64,000 bases of DNA from an uncultured Candidatus Saccharibacteria bacterium (GCA_964550425.1 CAZJZB010000002.1:1626-65625); one strand, 5' to 3'; counted from the first letter of the stretch, positions 38,639-48,545 are shown. Numbers and translations are program-made. Notes: generated from the letters alone by a model not told the origin.

Positions 38639-39325
38639 TTAGATCTTCCTCCCGTAGTATTCAATAGTCGCATCATTGTAAAATAGTTGCTCCGTCTTAA
38701 AACCGAGGTGAGTCATCATTTCGCGCACCAAATTTTTATCAAACACATGGAAATGTGTATAAATTTGTGGGTTCGTTATGTAATTTGCATACCAGGCGTC
38801 GTAGTCATGGTAGACCAGCTCTTTTGTAGCATCAAAGTTCTTTAGAAATTCTTCAGTATGCGTTTTGTCGTCCAACCCAGTATTATTCTTGTAGTCGTCT
38901 ATGAGATGTTCGAAAGGAGTAAGCGAGCGCTTATGATCAAAAGTCCTTTTGTAATAGGGAATACCGGCGTACATGAGACCATCCTTTTTTAAGATTCTTT
39001 TCCATTCATAAAGTGCCTTCAACGGATTCGTGAGGTGTTCAATCGTTCCGGAGGACGCCACGAAATCAACGCTCTCGTCTGCGAGCATAGGCAAAGAGTG
39101 TGCATCTGCTTTTATATCAACGGTATTTTTTCTGTCATGATAGGTGTCGCTAATGTTTACCTCGATTACTTTTTTTGCTCGAGCTATCCTGCCATCCAAT
39201 ATACGTATTGCACCGCCAACCTTCAGAACAGTCGTATTGTCCCAGTTCATACGTCGTATGGACATCGGTATGGTGAGACGGGAAAAATATTGTCTGTATT
39301 TGTTGAGCAGATAATCTTGTATCAT
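38639..39325 (-). CDS. class I SAM-dependent methyltransferase (Methyltransf_11-like)
   Basis: Motifs VDFVASSGTIEHL and LKKDGLM. Confidence 0.7.
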   Translation of the reverse strand: MIQDYLLNKYRQYFSRLTIPMSIRRMNWDNTTVLKVGGAIRILDGRIARAKKVIEVNISDTYHDRKNTVDIKADAHSLPMLADESVDFVASSGTIEHLTNPLKALYEWKRILKKDGLMYAGIPYYKRTFDHKRSLTPFEHLIDDYKNNTGLDDKTHTEEFLKNFDATKELVYHDYDAWYANYITNPQIYTHFHVFDKNLVREMMTHLGFKTEQLFYNDATIEYYGRKI

Positions 39326-39405
39326 GACGTAAAAATGCAGTACGAGACACTATTGCATCGCCTCAGCGATTGTGCAAGGGTCAGAAACCCCGGGCGGTAT
39401 CTGTT

Positions 39406-39414
39406 TGTTATAAT
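39406..39414 (+). promoter_or_regulatory. putative extended -10 promoter element (TGTTATAAT) 16 nt upstream of the ATG at 39430
   Basis: Seen in the divergent intergenic region 39326-39429. No clear -35 element. Confidence 0.3.
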
Positions 39415-39429
39415 CTGCAAGCACTCGAA

Positions 39430-41337
39430 ATGGAAAAACGAGAAAACGAGATACATAAAAGAACCGTACTTTTTCTCTCCGAGATCGGTCACGTCTCCCA
39501 AGCAGAGAAATTCATAGCAGAGCATCCAGACCTCAAAACAGAGGGGTATATGATTGTGGCGCTTGATATTACTATCGAGTGGGAGCTCGCCCGCAAAGGG
39601 GTGCCCTACTCCTCGGGGAGAGAGTATCGCACCCATGACGCGAGCCCTCTGACTCTATCGGAAGAGTGGGTAACTGCTCTTTTTAAAGATACGAGATGGC
39701 AGTTCTTTTCGTATCGGGGAGTGTCGCTCTTGCGAGTGTATTTTTTCTCCCTCCAAACATATCTCACTCCGCTCCTTTATTACATAGATATTGTAACAAA
39801 TGTTCTCGCGCGGCATCCTTCCGTAACGCGTTGCATTGTGTTCCCCCCGCTTCGTTCTGCACCGCCCGCGGGTGACGATTTTATCCCGCAAGAAAAAGAC
39901 GTGCTTATGGACGCTGTTCGTGAGGTCGCCACACAGATAGGTAAAGAACTATTAGTGCCAGGGGGTATTCCCAATTTCGGCGCGCGCAATGGCTCAACAG
40001 TATTTGCATATAAACGTGCACTTTTCAGCGTCTGCATTAGTGTACTCAACATTCTGGTTGCGCTTGTGCGGCCCCCCAAGCACATAACGATCCTCGTAAG
40101 TGATTACTGGAGGAATCTTGCACCCTTACTTCCACATCTAAACGGGGCCGAAGTACTGCTCCTTGGCCGAATGGAGGCATTTAAGGCCGGATTTAAAAAT
40201 ATTTTTACTTACCGCATGCGCTTTCTGCACAGCGACTCGTTTGTTTCTCGGGATCCAACACAGCACAAAGATGTTCACTTTCTTTTTGAGCGCGAGTGGC
40301 GCTCTCTGCAAGCATCGGGTGCGGTACATTTACCAGAGTTTAAGGGAATATCGCTCAACCCTCTTTTCAGCAAGGTGCTTAACGCGTGTATTACGAACGT
40401 TCTCACAAAAACACTTGACACTATCGACAACATGCATGCGCTACTTGCGTCTTATAAACCCGACATAGTCCTCTTGCGCATATCAACGAGTCCTAACCAG
40501 GCACATTTTCCCGTCCTAGCTCAGGTTGCACGCGCACACGGTATACCATCGATTGAGATACAGCATGGATTGGGATATTACGGTCCCGGATCGTTAGATC
40601 TGCGGCATCTCGCCGAATACACGGGGGTCTATGGAACGCTCACTGCTCGCGAGATGAAACAGGTTGGGGATGACTATACAACACCAGTCATTATCGGCTC
40701 GCCGCGTTTTGATATATATACTCCCGTACCCCGCGCATCAGAAGAGAGAGATTCTCAAAGCACTGTATCGGTTGTCGTTATTGCACCACTGTCGCACCTC
40801 GGCATCTTAGACACATATGACGTTGAAGAGTATTTTCAAGAGGTAGCGTCGGCGCTCGAAAAAGTCAAAAACGTTACAGCTACTATCAAACTCCGTCCAG
40901 GATCAGGGGGAGTGTCGTTTTATGAACATATTATTGCAAGTGCTTTTGCGGGAGTGCCCCACCATATCGTGAGCGATGAGCCGCTCGTCGAACTATATAA
41001 AAAAACGGACATTGTGATCTCCGGCTACTCCACTGCCGCACTTGAGGCGCTAGCGTGCGGAAAGCCACTCATATATTTTGCGCTTTCTCCCGGGGAGCAG
41101 ATGATGGGGCTTCATCATTTTTCTCTATATGCAGAGCACCAGGCGATGCGTATTGCCACAACTAAAGAGCACCTTGAGGTGGCGCTTGCGGAGCTTGTGG
41201 CAGACTCACAAAAACGTGCAGAACTTGAGGATGGAGCGAAGGCGTTTATGAAAGAACAGTACCTTTTTGATGGCAAGTCAGGCGAGCGAGCTGCGGCGCT
41301 TATTGAGGTCCTTGCCAAAGGGAAGGGATCTCGTTGA
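39430..41337 (+). CDS. large soluble protein with TagB/TagF- or capsule-synthesis (KpsC/KpsS)-like C-terminal GT-B domain; candidate glycosyl/glycerophosphotransferase
   Basis: The C-terminus has IIGSPRFD and DIVISGYSTAALEALACGKPLIYF, reminiscent of the CDP-glycerol glycerophosphotransferase / capsule-synthesis family. The N-terminal half is unassigned. The track uses a TTG start at 39370. Confidence 0.45.
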   Translation: MEKRENEIHKRTVLFLSEIGHVSQAEKFIAEHPDLKTEGYMIVALDITIEWELARKGVPYSSGREYRTHDASPLTLSEEWVTALFKDTRWQFFSYRGVSLLRVYFFSLQTYLTPLLYYIDIVTNVLARHPSVTRCIVFPPLRSAPPAGDDFIPQEKDVLMDAVREVATQIGKELLVPGGIPNFGARNGSTVFAYKRALFSVCISVLNILVALVRPPKHITILVSDYWRNLAPLLPHLNGAEVLLLGRMEAFKAGFKNIFTYRMRFLHSDSFVSRDPTQHKDVHFLFEREWRSLQASGAVHLPEFKGISLNPLFSKVLNACITNVLTKTLDTIDNMHALLASYKPDIVLLRISTSPNQAHFPVLAQVARAHGIPSIEIQHGLGYYGPGSLDLRHLAEYTGVYGTLTAREMKQVGDDYTTPVIIGSPRFDIYTPVPRASEERDSQSTVSVVVIAPLSHLGILDTYDVEEYFQEVASALEKVKNVTATIKLRPGSGGVSFYEHIIASAFAGVPHHIVSDEPLVELYKKTDIVISGYSTAALEALACGKPLIYFALSPGEQMMGLHHFSLYAEHQAMRIATTKEHLEVALAELVADSQKRAELEDGAKAFMKEQYLFDGKSGERAAALIEVLAKGKGSR

Positions 41338-41360
41338 GGAATAGAGGGTACTTCGGTACT

Positions 41361-41717
41361 ATGGTGTCTATGAAGGTAACAGGTATAGGAGTTGATGTGG
41401 CCGATATTGCGCGATTTCGGACGTCGAAGATGCGCCGTAACGAGCGGTTCGTTCACAACATTTTTAGCAAAAACGAGCGGGACTACTGTTTTTCCTACCG
41501 CGACCCGGCACCGCATCTGGCGGGCGCCTTTGCGGCCAAAGAGGCGGTTCGCAAGGTCTACGGCGACGAACCGATACTGCTTGCCGATATTGAAGTACGT
41601 CATCGTCCATCAGGGAAGCCAGAGATTTGGATTAACGGCAGGCGTTCGCGCACTTTCCTCATCTCAATCTCACACAATTCCACTATGGCAATTGCAATCG
41701 CTCTCAAGCAATCATGA
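41361..41717 (+). CDS. acpS: holo-[acyl-carrier-protein] synthase (4'-phosphopantetheinyl transferase)
   Basis: GIGVDVADIARF and ISISHNSTMAIAIAL signatures, about 118 aa. Confidence 0.8.
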   Translation: MVSMKVTGIGVDVADIARFRTSKMRRNERFVHNIFSKNERDYCFSYRDPAPHLAGAFAAKEAVRKVYGDEPILLADIEVRHRPSGKPEIWINGRRSRTFLISISHNSTMAIAIALKQS

Positions 41718-42751
41718 AAAAATGCATCGTACTTGATCTGGATAACACACTCTGGGGAGGTGTCATTGGTGAAGACGGGTTCGACAACATCGCGCTGTCG
41801 CTCACACCACCCGGCGCGAGCTTCATCGCGTTCCAACAAGCACTTCGAGACCTTCATGACCGGGGAATCATTCTGGCCATTAACAGCAGCAATAATCCTG
41901 ACGATGCGCTACACGTGATACGCAACCACCCGAACATGATTCTCAAAGAGAATCATTTCGCCACACGGCGTATTAATTGGAACGACAAGGTTAAGAATAT
42001 GCGCGAACTTGCCACCGAGCTCAACATCGGCCTCGACTCGATGGTGTTTCTCGATGACAGTCCTCTTAATCGTGAGGCAATGCGTACTTTTTTGCCAGAA
42101 GTGGAGACGCCAGATTTGCCAGTCGACCCTTCAAAATATGTAAAGTTTCTCCATGCACTCCCTTATTTCGAGAATGAAGCCATCACTGACGAAGATAAAA
42201 TGCGTGGAAATTTATATGTTACGGAACGGCTTCGCAAAGAAACAGAGAAGCATTTCGAGAGCCGCGAAGCGTTTCTAAAAAGTTTGGGAATAGAACTCAC
42301 TATGTATGAAGACAATCCTTCATCGCTTGCGCGACTCGCGCAGCTCACCGAGAAGACGAATCAATTCAACGTAAAGAAACGGCCACTCCGTGAGGAAGAA
42401 ATTGAAGCGTACATGCGGGATAAGACACATGCAATATTCCACGCGCGCGCGATTGATCAATTTGGTGATCAGGGAATTATCGCCTTTGCGCTCGTGCGTA
42501 AAGAAAAAGAATTGTGGCATATCGAATCCCTGCTCATGAGTTGTCGAGTCATTGGGCGCAGCATTGAAGATGCTTTTATCGCAGCAATCGCACGAAGAGC
42601 CGAGAGTGAAGACGCTCACGACCTTGGTATCACCTTCGAGCCATCCGAGAAGAATGATCCTGCGCGCATAGCGGTCGAGCGTCTGTTTAAGGGAGCGCTG
42701 CGCGCTCCCGTGGTAGAATTCAAGACACCGGATTGGATCACGCTCGTATGA
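41714..42751 (+). CDS. HAD-superfamily subfamily IIIC / FkbH-like domain protein (candidate glyceryl-ACP forming enzyme)
   Basis: N-terminal CIVLDLDNTLWGGVIGEDG (FkbH/HAD-IIIC hallmark), HAD motifs and a C-terminal acyltransferase-like region. Confidence 0.7.
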   Translation: MKKCIVLDLDNTLWGGVIGEDGFDNIALSLTPPGASFIAFQQALRDLHDRGIILAINSSNNPDDALHVIRNHPNMILKENHFATRRINWNDKVKNMRELATELNIGLDSMVFLDDSPLNREAMRTFLPEVETPDLPVDPSKYVKFLHALPYFENEAITDEDKMRGNLYVTERLRKETEKHFESREAFLKSLGIELTMYEDNPSSLARLAQLTEKTNQFNVKKRPLREEEIEAYMRDKTHAIFHARAIDQFGDQGIIAFALVRKEKELWHIESLLMSCRVIGRSIEDAFIAAIARRAESEDAHDLGITFEPSEKNDPARIAVERLFKGALRAPVVEFKTPDWITLV

Positions 42752-42978
42752 AAGATTTCAACACGCTCGTAGCCGAGCATTTCAAGATAGCGGGAACGGC
42801 GATTAAAGATACCCTCAGTGCAAAGGATATCCCCGAGTGGGATTCCATGAATTATCTACTCTTCATTGCTGATGTTGAAAAAGCGTATGAGGTGTCATTC
42901 AGTATGGACGAAGTACTTGGCGCGCAAACACTTGGAGATATAAAAAAGGTGTTGCGCGCCAAATTAATCAATATATGA
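42733..42978 (+). CDS. acyl carrier protein (DltC/ACP-like, phosphopantetheine Ser in EWDSMNY)
   Basis: An 81-aa acidic helical protein with a DSM motif at the canonical ACP position. Confidence 0.7.
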   Translation: MDHARMKDFNTLVAEHFKIAGTAIKDTLSAKDIPEWDSMNYLLFIADVEKAYEVSFSMDEVLGAQTLGDIKKVLRAKLINI

Positions 42979-43400
42979 CGCCTGCTGATGACAGATCATT
43001 TATCTCTCTGCAAGTCGGTGACACATCCTCTTTTGAACGTCGTATCTCAGAGGACGATGTACGGGCATTTGCCGTACTTTCCGGCGACTATAACCCACTC
43101 CATATGGACGATGCATATGCTCGTTCCACGCCGTTTGGCGGTAGGGTTGTGCACGGTATGCTTCTCGCGGCTATGATCTCACGTCTGGTCGGAATGCAAT
43201 TGCCGGGGAAGCGGGCTCTCCTAATGAAAGAATCCCTTGAATTTAAAAAGCCGATACGTATCGGGGATATGGTGAAAGTTGAAGGAGCGGTTGTAAACGT
43301 GAGTATCGCGACGCATATCGTTGAGTTAGAGATACACATATATGCAGAGAGCATCATAGTTGTGACAGGGCATGTGCAGGTACAAGTGCGCGATGAATAA
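42975..43400 (+). CDS. MaoC-like (R)-specific hydratase/dehydratase (hotdog fold)
   Basis: LSGDYNPLHMD...VVHGML hotdog-fold signature. Confidence 0.75.
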   Translation: MTPADDRSFISLQVGDTSSFERRISEDDVRAFAVLSGDYNPLHMDDAYARSTPFGGRVVHGMLLAAMISRLVGMQLPGKRALLMKESLEFKKPIRIGDMVKVEGAVVNVSIATHIVELEIHIYAESIIVVTGHVQVQVRDE

Positions 43401-44118
43401 CATGAACACAGGCAACCATAGCAAATCTCTGGCGGTCGTTTCAGGCGGTACAGGATACCTCGGTACAGCCATAGCCACAGAACTGAAGAATGCAGGGTGG
43501 AGAGTGGTCTCGCTCTCAAAAAGCGCCTCAAAATCTAACGACGAAGTATATACGTGCGACATTGCGAATGAAAAAGATGTCCGTGAGGCGATAGCGAGCA
43601 TCACGAAAATCCATGGTCCTCTTTCAGCATGTATCCACGCAGCTTCACCGCCCTTAGAACGTATACCAATTCTTTCAGTTCCGACCGCATCGTTTGACGC
43701 GGCTCTTAACACGAATGCCCGTGCAGCGTTCCTTCTTGCGAGGGAGATGGCCGAACATATGGCGGAGAATGCTGTGTTTATTGGCATAACAACACACGCT
43801 ATTGAACCAGGCACGCTACAGCCGCACGGTGCCTATATACCGGCTAAATATGCACTCCGCGGATTTTTGCGGGCACTATCAGCAGAAACGAAAAAGTCCG
43901 GCATCCGCGTCTATGCCGTTGCGCCAGGATTTCTTCCTGGTGGATTGAATAAGGGTATACCCAAAACCATACAGGATTTTTTCGCACGTAAGAGCGGTAC
44001 CGACTCCGAATCACCAAAAGAGATTGCCACTCTCATACGAAGGCTATGCGTTGGCGATACCAAGTTTCCCCCCGGCTCTTCAATAGCTTTCCCCTCTCTC
44101 GTCGCCAGCCCTCTGTAG
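43372..44118 (+). CDS. SDR-family reductase (3-oxoacyl-ACP reductase-like)
   Basis: AVVSGGTGYLGTAIA and catalytic YIPAKYAL motifs. Start uncertain (MNNMNTG at about 43393 is possible). Confidence 0.7.
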   Translation: MCRYKCAMNNMNTGNHSKSLAVVSGGTGYLGTAIATELKNAGWRVVSLSKSASKSNDEVYTCDIANEKDVREAIASITKIHGPLSACIHAASPPLERIPILSVPTASFDAALNTNARAAFLLAREMAEHMAENAVFIGITTHAIEPGTLQPHGAYIPAKYALRGFLRALSAETKKSGIRVYAVAPGFLPGGLNKGIPKTIQDFFARKSGTDSESPKEIATLIRRLCVGDTKFPPGSSIAFPSLVASPL

Positions 44119-44216
44119 GGAGGCGGAACCTTTTGTTTTCTTCGTTGGTTGTAGCTCTGTATGGAAAGAACTGGGGACACTTGCCATAGGTCCATATTTG
44201 TGCGATACTATTTCTT

Positions 44217-45239
44217 ATGGGTCTAAAACAGTTGAGCGGCAAGACAGTGCTTATTACCGGAGGCACCGGTTCTTTTGGCAAAAACTTTGCTAAACACATT
44301 CTCGCCAACTCGAAACTTAAAAAGTTGATTATTTTTTCTCGCGATGAATTGAAGCAGTTCCAAATGGAGGCAGAAATAAGTGATAAACGAGTGAGGTTTT
44401 TTATTGGCGATGTACGCGATCTCCCGCGGCTCGAGCGCGCCTTTGACGGGGTTGATGTTGTTATTCATGCCGCAGCGCTTAAACAAGTCCCAGCGCTTGA
44501 ATACAATCCATTTGAAGCGGTTAAGACGAATATTTTGGGAAGTCAAAATGTTATTGAGGCAGCACTTGATCAGCGCGTGCAGAAAGTCGTGCTTGTATCA
44601 ACTGATAAGGCAGCGATGCCAGTCAATCTCTATGGTTCCACCAAGCTCTGCGCAGAGAAACTTTTCATAGCAGGTAATGCCTACAGTGCTACCGGCGAGA
44701 CGTCCTTCAGTGTTGTTCGCTACGGAAATGTCATTGGCAGTCGCGGGAGTATCATCGATAAACTTATCTCCTTAAACAAAAGCGGACCGCATACGGTGCA
44801 CGTTACCGATGAGCGTATGACGCGTTTCTGGATAGACCTTGAGCAATCCTTCCGTATTGTCCTCTTTGCTCTCGAGCATATGGCGGGTGGAGAAATCTTC
44901 ATACCCAAGGCACCTGCGATGAAGATGACCGATCTCTTTGACATTCTTGCGCCCAAAGCCAAGCGCAGCGTCATTGGTATTCGTCCGGGAGAGAAGATCC
45001 ACGAAGTGCTTCTCACGAAGGAGGAGGCACGCCACGCACGAGAATTAAAAGAGTATTTCGTCGTTCTACCGGAGCACGCGAATTCTGAGAGACAACAGAA
45101 AGGTCTCCTCAAGCACCTTAAGAACGGCAAAGCACTTGAATCAGAATTTCATCTAACGAGCGATACCACTGACAATCGTTTGTCGCGCAAGACGCTCCTT
45201 CAGATAGTTGCGAATATGGAGAAGACCATAAAAAATTAA
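44217..45239 (+). CDS. UDP-N-acetylglucosamine 4,6-dehydratase, CapD/PseB/FnlA-like
   Basis: VLITGGTGSFGKNF, YGSTKLCAEKL, RYGNVIGSRGS and TRFWI signatures. Confidence 0.8.
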   Translation: MGLKQLSGKTVLITGGTGSFGKNFAKHILANSKLKKLIIFSRDELKQFQMEAEISDKRVRFFIGDVRDLPRLERAFDGVDVVIHAAALKQVPALEYNPFEAVKTNILGSQNVIEAALDQRVQKVVLVSTDKAAMPVNLYGSTKLCAEKLFIAGNAYSATGETSFSVVRYGNVIGSRGSIIDKLISLNKSGPHTVHVTDERMTRFWIDLEQSFRIVLFALEHMAGGEIFIPKAPAMKMTDLFDILAPKAKRSVIGIRPGEKIHEVLLTKEEARHARELKEYFVVLPEHANSERQQKGLLKHLKNGKALESEFHLTSDTTDNRLSRKTLLQIVANMEKTIKN

Positions 45240-46147
45240 TGGTCCCATACTCTACAGAGGACTTAAACGAGACCGACACTAAGTTGACCATAGCAGTGAA
45301 TGGTTCGCGCGGACTTCTCGGCTATACACTGCTCCGTACGCCAATGACAGGACGCGCTCCTATTGCACTTAGTGCAGACATACGCGACGCACAGGCAGTA
45401 TTCACGGAAATAGAAGCACTCAAGCCACAATTGGTAATTCATACGGCGGCAAAGACGGATGTTGCTGAGTGTGAGCGCAATCCTGAAGAAGCGAGAGCAG
45501 TGAATGTTGAGGGAACAAAAAATGTAGTAGATGCCGCACGCGCCGTTGGTGCACGTCTTATATACATATCAACAGCATCTGTATTTTCTGGGCGTGAAGG
45601 GAATTATAGAGAAAAGGATATTCCAGAGCCAATGAATGTGTATAATACAACAAAACGTGATGGAGAAGCCGCAGTATCGGCATATGAAAAAGGCATGATA
45701 CTTCGACTAAATCTTATAGGGATACATCCAGAGGGTTCGCGCGGAAAGAATTTTATGGAGTGGCTTGTTGATTCCGTCCGTGCGAATAATGATCTGACGT
45801 TATTCAACGACCAGTTTATTAATCCTCTCTCAAATTGGACGGTAGCCGCACGTATCAAAATGATAATTGAAAAAAACGTGCAAGAAAAAATCCTGCACAT
45901 CGGCAGTACAGACCGTTTATCTAAAGCAGAGATAGGGAAGTTGGTACTCGCACGATTCCAAAATTATTGCGGGAACGTAACGGAAAGAAGTATTGATAAC
46001 GTTGTCGACGGAGTAATTCGTCCGAAACAGATGTGGCTCAATGTAGATAAAGTTCTCGGGCATGAAATTACATTGCCAACACTTACAAGTGAGGTAGCGA
46101 CTATTCTTGAAAAATATAAGAAATCCGTGCTACATTCGGGCATATGA
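45239..46147 (+). CDS. NAD(P)-dependent sugar-nucleotide reductase/epimerase (RmlD-like fold)
   Basis: Rossmann N-terminus and YNTTKRDGE catalytic YxxxK. TAATG overlap with the dehydratase. Confidence 0.65.
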   Translation: MVPYSTEDLNETDTKLTIAVNGSRGLLGYTLLRTPMTGRAPIALSADIRDAQAVFTEIEALKPQLVIHTAAKTDVAECERNPEEARAVNVEGTKNVVDAARAVGARLIYISTASVFSGREGNYREKDIPEPMNVYNTTKRDGEAAVSAYEKGMILRLNLIGIHPEGSRGKNFMEWLVDSVRANNDLTLFNDQFINPLSNWTVAARIKMIIEKNVQEKILHIGSTDRLSKAEIGKLVLARFQNYCGNVTERSIDNVVDGVIRPKQMWLNVDKVLGHEITLPTLTSEVATILEKYKKSVLHSGI

Positions 46148-47865
46148 GGAAGAAAAACATTACTATTCTTGGAATTTCTTATAACTCAACGGCTGAAGCG
46201 GCAATAATCAAAAATGGCGTAGTAGTCTGCGCCATAGCCGAGGAACGTCTCAACAGGATAAAAAATTGGTATGGCATACCAAAGCGATCGATTGAGTGGG
46301 TACTCCAAGAAGCGGGTCTTACCATGAGTGATATTGATATAATCGCGACCCACGATGGGACGAATATAGAAGAAGACAGAAAACCTCTGTTTGAACGACA
46401 AGCCGAACTGATACGCGCATCAGAAACGATTGATAGCAAAAGAAAGGAAGCACAACTGAAAATATTGTGGGAGAAGTTCAAGCATGTTGAAGAGGTAATC
46501 CATCATCGACATGTTACGTACATCAAGGAACTAGAGTCATTTGGTCCGCCGGTGTACAGGGTTAGCCATCACACGGCGCATGCCGCAAGTGCGTATTTTA
46601 CGAGCGGGTGGGATAACTGCTATGTGTTAACCGCCGATGGATGGGGTAGTGACATGTCGAACGGATTGTACCAATGTCGCCAGGGCAAGCTGAAGGAAGT
46701 GAGCAATTCATCAATTATAGATTCACTCGGTTATTTTTACGGCAGTATTACCAAACATCTTGGATTCAAGCCACACAGGCACGAAGGCAAGGTGTTAGGA
46801 CTCTCTGGCCATGGCAACCCAAAGAAGTTGGAACTATTTTTTTCTAGAATGATCGGATTTGACCATACACGTAAGTCATTTCGGGGATTTATGGAGAATG
46901 GTTATTATGTACCTATTTTCGACAACCCGTGGCTCGCTGAAGCATTGCGCAACGAATCAAGAGAAGATATTGCGGCTGGAGCCCAACGAGTTCTCGAGGA
47001 TGTGATTCTTGAATATGTTAAAACAATGGTGCCGACGAAGAGTAAATTGTGCCTTGCGGGAGGAATTTTTGCTAACGTGCTACTAAACCAAAAAATCGCA
47101 TTACTACCGAAAATGGCAGAAATTTATGTGTATCCGAATATGGGCGATGGTGGACTTGCAGTGGGGAGCGCATTGTATGCATATTCACAATTAACTTCTC
47201 TGCGTCCAAAAGTTATTGACACCGTATACTGGGGGCCAGAATATTCGGCTAAAGACATAGAAAGTGTTTTGAAAAATAGCAATGTGTTATACAAAAAAAT
47301 TAAGAATATTGAAACGGTTACTGCTCGATTGCTAGCCGATGGACATGTCGTGGCGCGTTTCAACGGGAAAATGGAAAATGGTCCTCGTTCGTTAGGCAAC
47401 CGTTCGGTTCTCTACAGACCTGATGACCCATCGGTAAATGATTGGTTAAATAAAAAATTAAAGCGTACTGAATTTATGCCATTTGCACCGGTAACTCTTG
47501 TTGAACATGCTCGTGAGTGTTACCGAGGATGGAAGAAGTACGCTCGGCCGGCGACTTTCATGACCGTAACCTGTGATTGCACCAGAATTATGAAGAAAAT
47601 GTCTCCTGGAGTGGTGCACGTGGACGGCACGGCAAGACCGCAATATATAAGCCGCTCTCAAAATCAAAGTTGCTATAAGATTCTTAAAGAATTCTACAAA
47701 CGTACCGGGAATCCCAATCTAATCAATACTAGTTTCAATATGCACGAAGAACCGATCGTGTGTTCGCCATACGATGCGGTCAGAGCTTTTCTTGACTCGG
47801 ATCTGCCTTATCTTGCTATTGGAGATTATTTGGTTACTCCTAATGGTGCGGGTAAAAGTGCATGA
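46144..47865 (+). CDS. carbamoyltransferase (NodU/CmcH family)
   Basis: N-terminal ILGISYNSTAEAAI...HHTAHAASAYF and a C-terminal carbamoyltransferase domain, about 570 aa. Confidence 0.8.
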   Translation: MRKKNITILGISYNSTAEAAIIKNGVVVCAIAEERLNRIKNWYGIPKRSIEWVLQEAGLTMSDIDIIATHDGTNIEEDRKPLFERQAELIRASETIDSKRKEAQLKILWEKFKHVEEVIHHRHVTYIKELESFGPPVYRVSHHTAHAASAYFTSGWDNCYVLTADGWGSDMSNGLYQCRQGKLKEVSNSSIIDSLGYFYGSITKHLGFKPHRHEGKVLGLSGHGNPKKLELFFSRMIGFDHTRKSFRGFMENGYYVPIFDNPWLAEALRNESREDIAAGAQRVLEDVILEYVKTMVPTKSKLCLAGGIFANVLLNQKIALLPKMAEIYVYPNMGDGGLAVGSALYAYSQLTSLRPKVIDTVYWGPEYSAKDIESVLKNSNVLYKKIKNIETVTARLLADGHVVARFNGKMENGPRSLGNRSVLYRPDDPSVNDWLNKKLKRTEFMPFAPVTLVEHARECYRGWKKYARPATFMTVTCDCTRIMKKMSPGVVHVDGTARPQYISRSQNQSCYKILKEFYKRTGNPNLINTSFNMHEEPIVCSPYDAVRAFLDSDLPYLAIGDYLVTPNGAGKSA

Positions 47866-48545
47866 AAGTCTCTATCATCATTCGTGCATATAATTCCGAA
47901 ACAACACTTGCGCGGGCGATAGAGAGTGCTTTGCATCAGGACTTTCCTAGTGACCAGTATGAAGTGATTGTACTAGACGATGGTTCTACCGATGGCACCC
48001 AAACAGTTGCAAAACGTTTCGAAAAGGATAAACGCATACGCTATATTTTTCAAGAAAACAAAGGGCACATTGCAGCTGCAAACAGGGGATTTAAAGAAAG
48101 CCAAGGACTCTACGTTACCCTACTGGATGCAGACGACGAATTTCTCCCGACGCTACTTTCCACCATGATAGCTGAGTTTGAAAAAGATTCAGAAATTGAT
48201 TTGGTATATTCAGATTACAAAGAAGAATACAATGGTACGGAACGAGGCGTGAGGGTGAAGCATGTGTTAGAGACCACCGGAGCAGGAATCATATATCGTA
48301 AAGACCGTTTGGAAGAAGTCGGATTATGGAACAAGGATCTATTGTTTCCCGAATGCGACCTTATACTTCGTACCTCAAGCAGATGGAAATTCGCCTATGT
48401 ACCCGAACCGCTTTTCATATACCACAGAAGAACGAACAGTTTGACCGGTGATGGTACCTACGAGGAACGAGGAAGAGCGCAACTTATATCGCTACATCCT
48501 GATAAAATTGATGAGATCTCTCACATCCGCTCGTATGCACTATGA
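47862..48545 (+). CDS. GT2 glycosyltransferase
   Basis: Has VSIIIRAYNSE, VIVLDDGSTDGT and LDADDE (DxD) motifs. Confidence 0.8.
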   Translation: MKVSIIIRAYNSETTLARAIESALHQDFPSDQYEVIVLDDGSTDGTQTVAKRFEKDKRIRYIFQENKGHIAAANRGFKESQGLYVTLLDADDEFLPTLLSTMIAEFEKDSEIDLVYSDYKEEYNGTERGVRVKHVLETTGAGIIYRKDRLEEVGLWNKDLLFPECDLILRTSSRWKFAYVPEPLFIYHRRTNSLTGDGTYEERGRAQLISLHPDKIDEISHIRSYAL

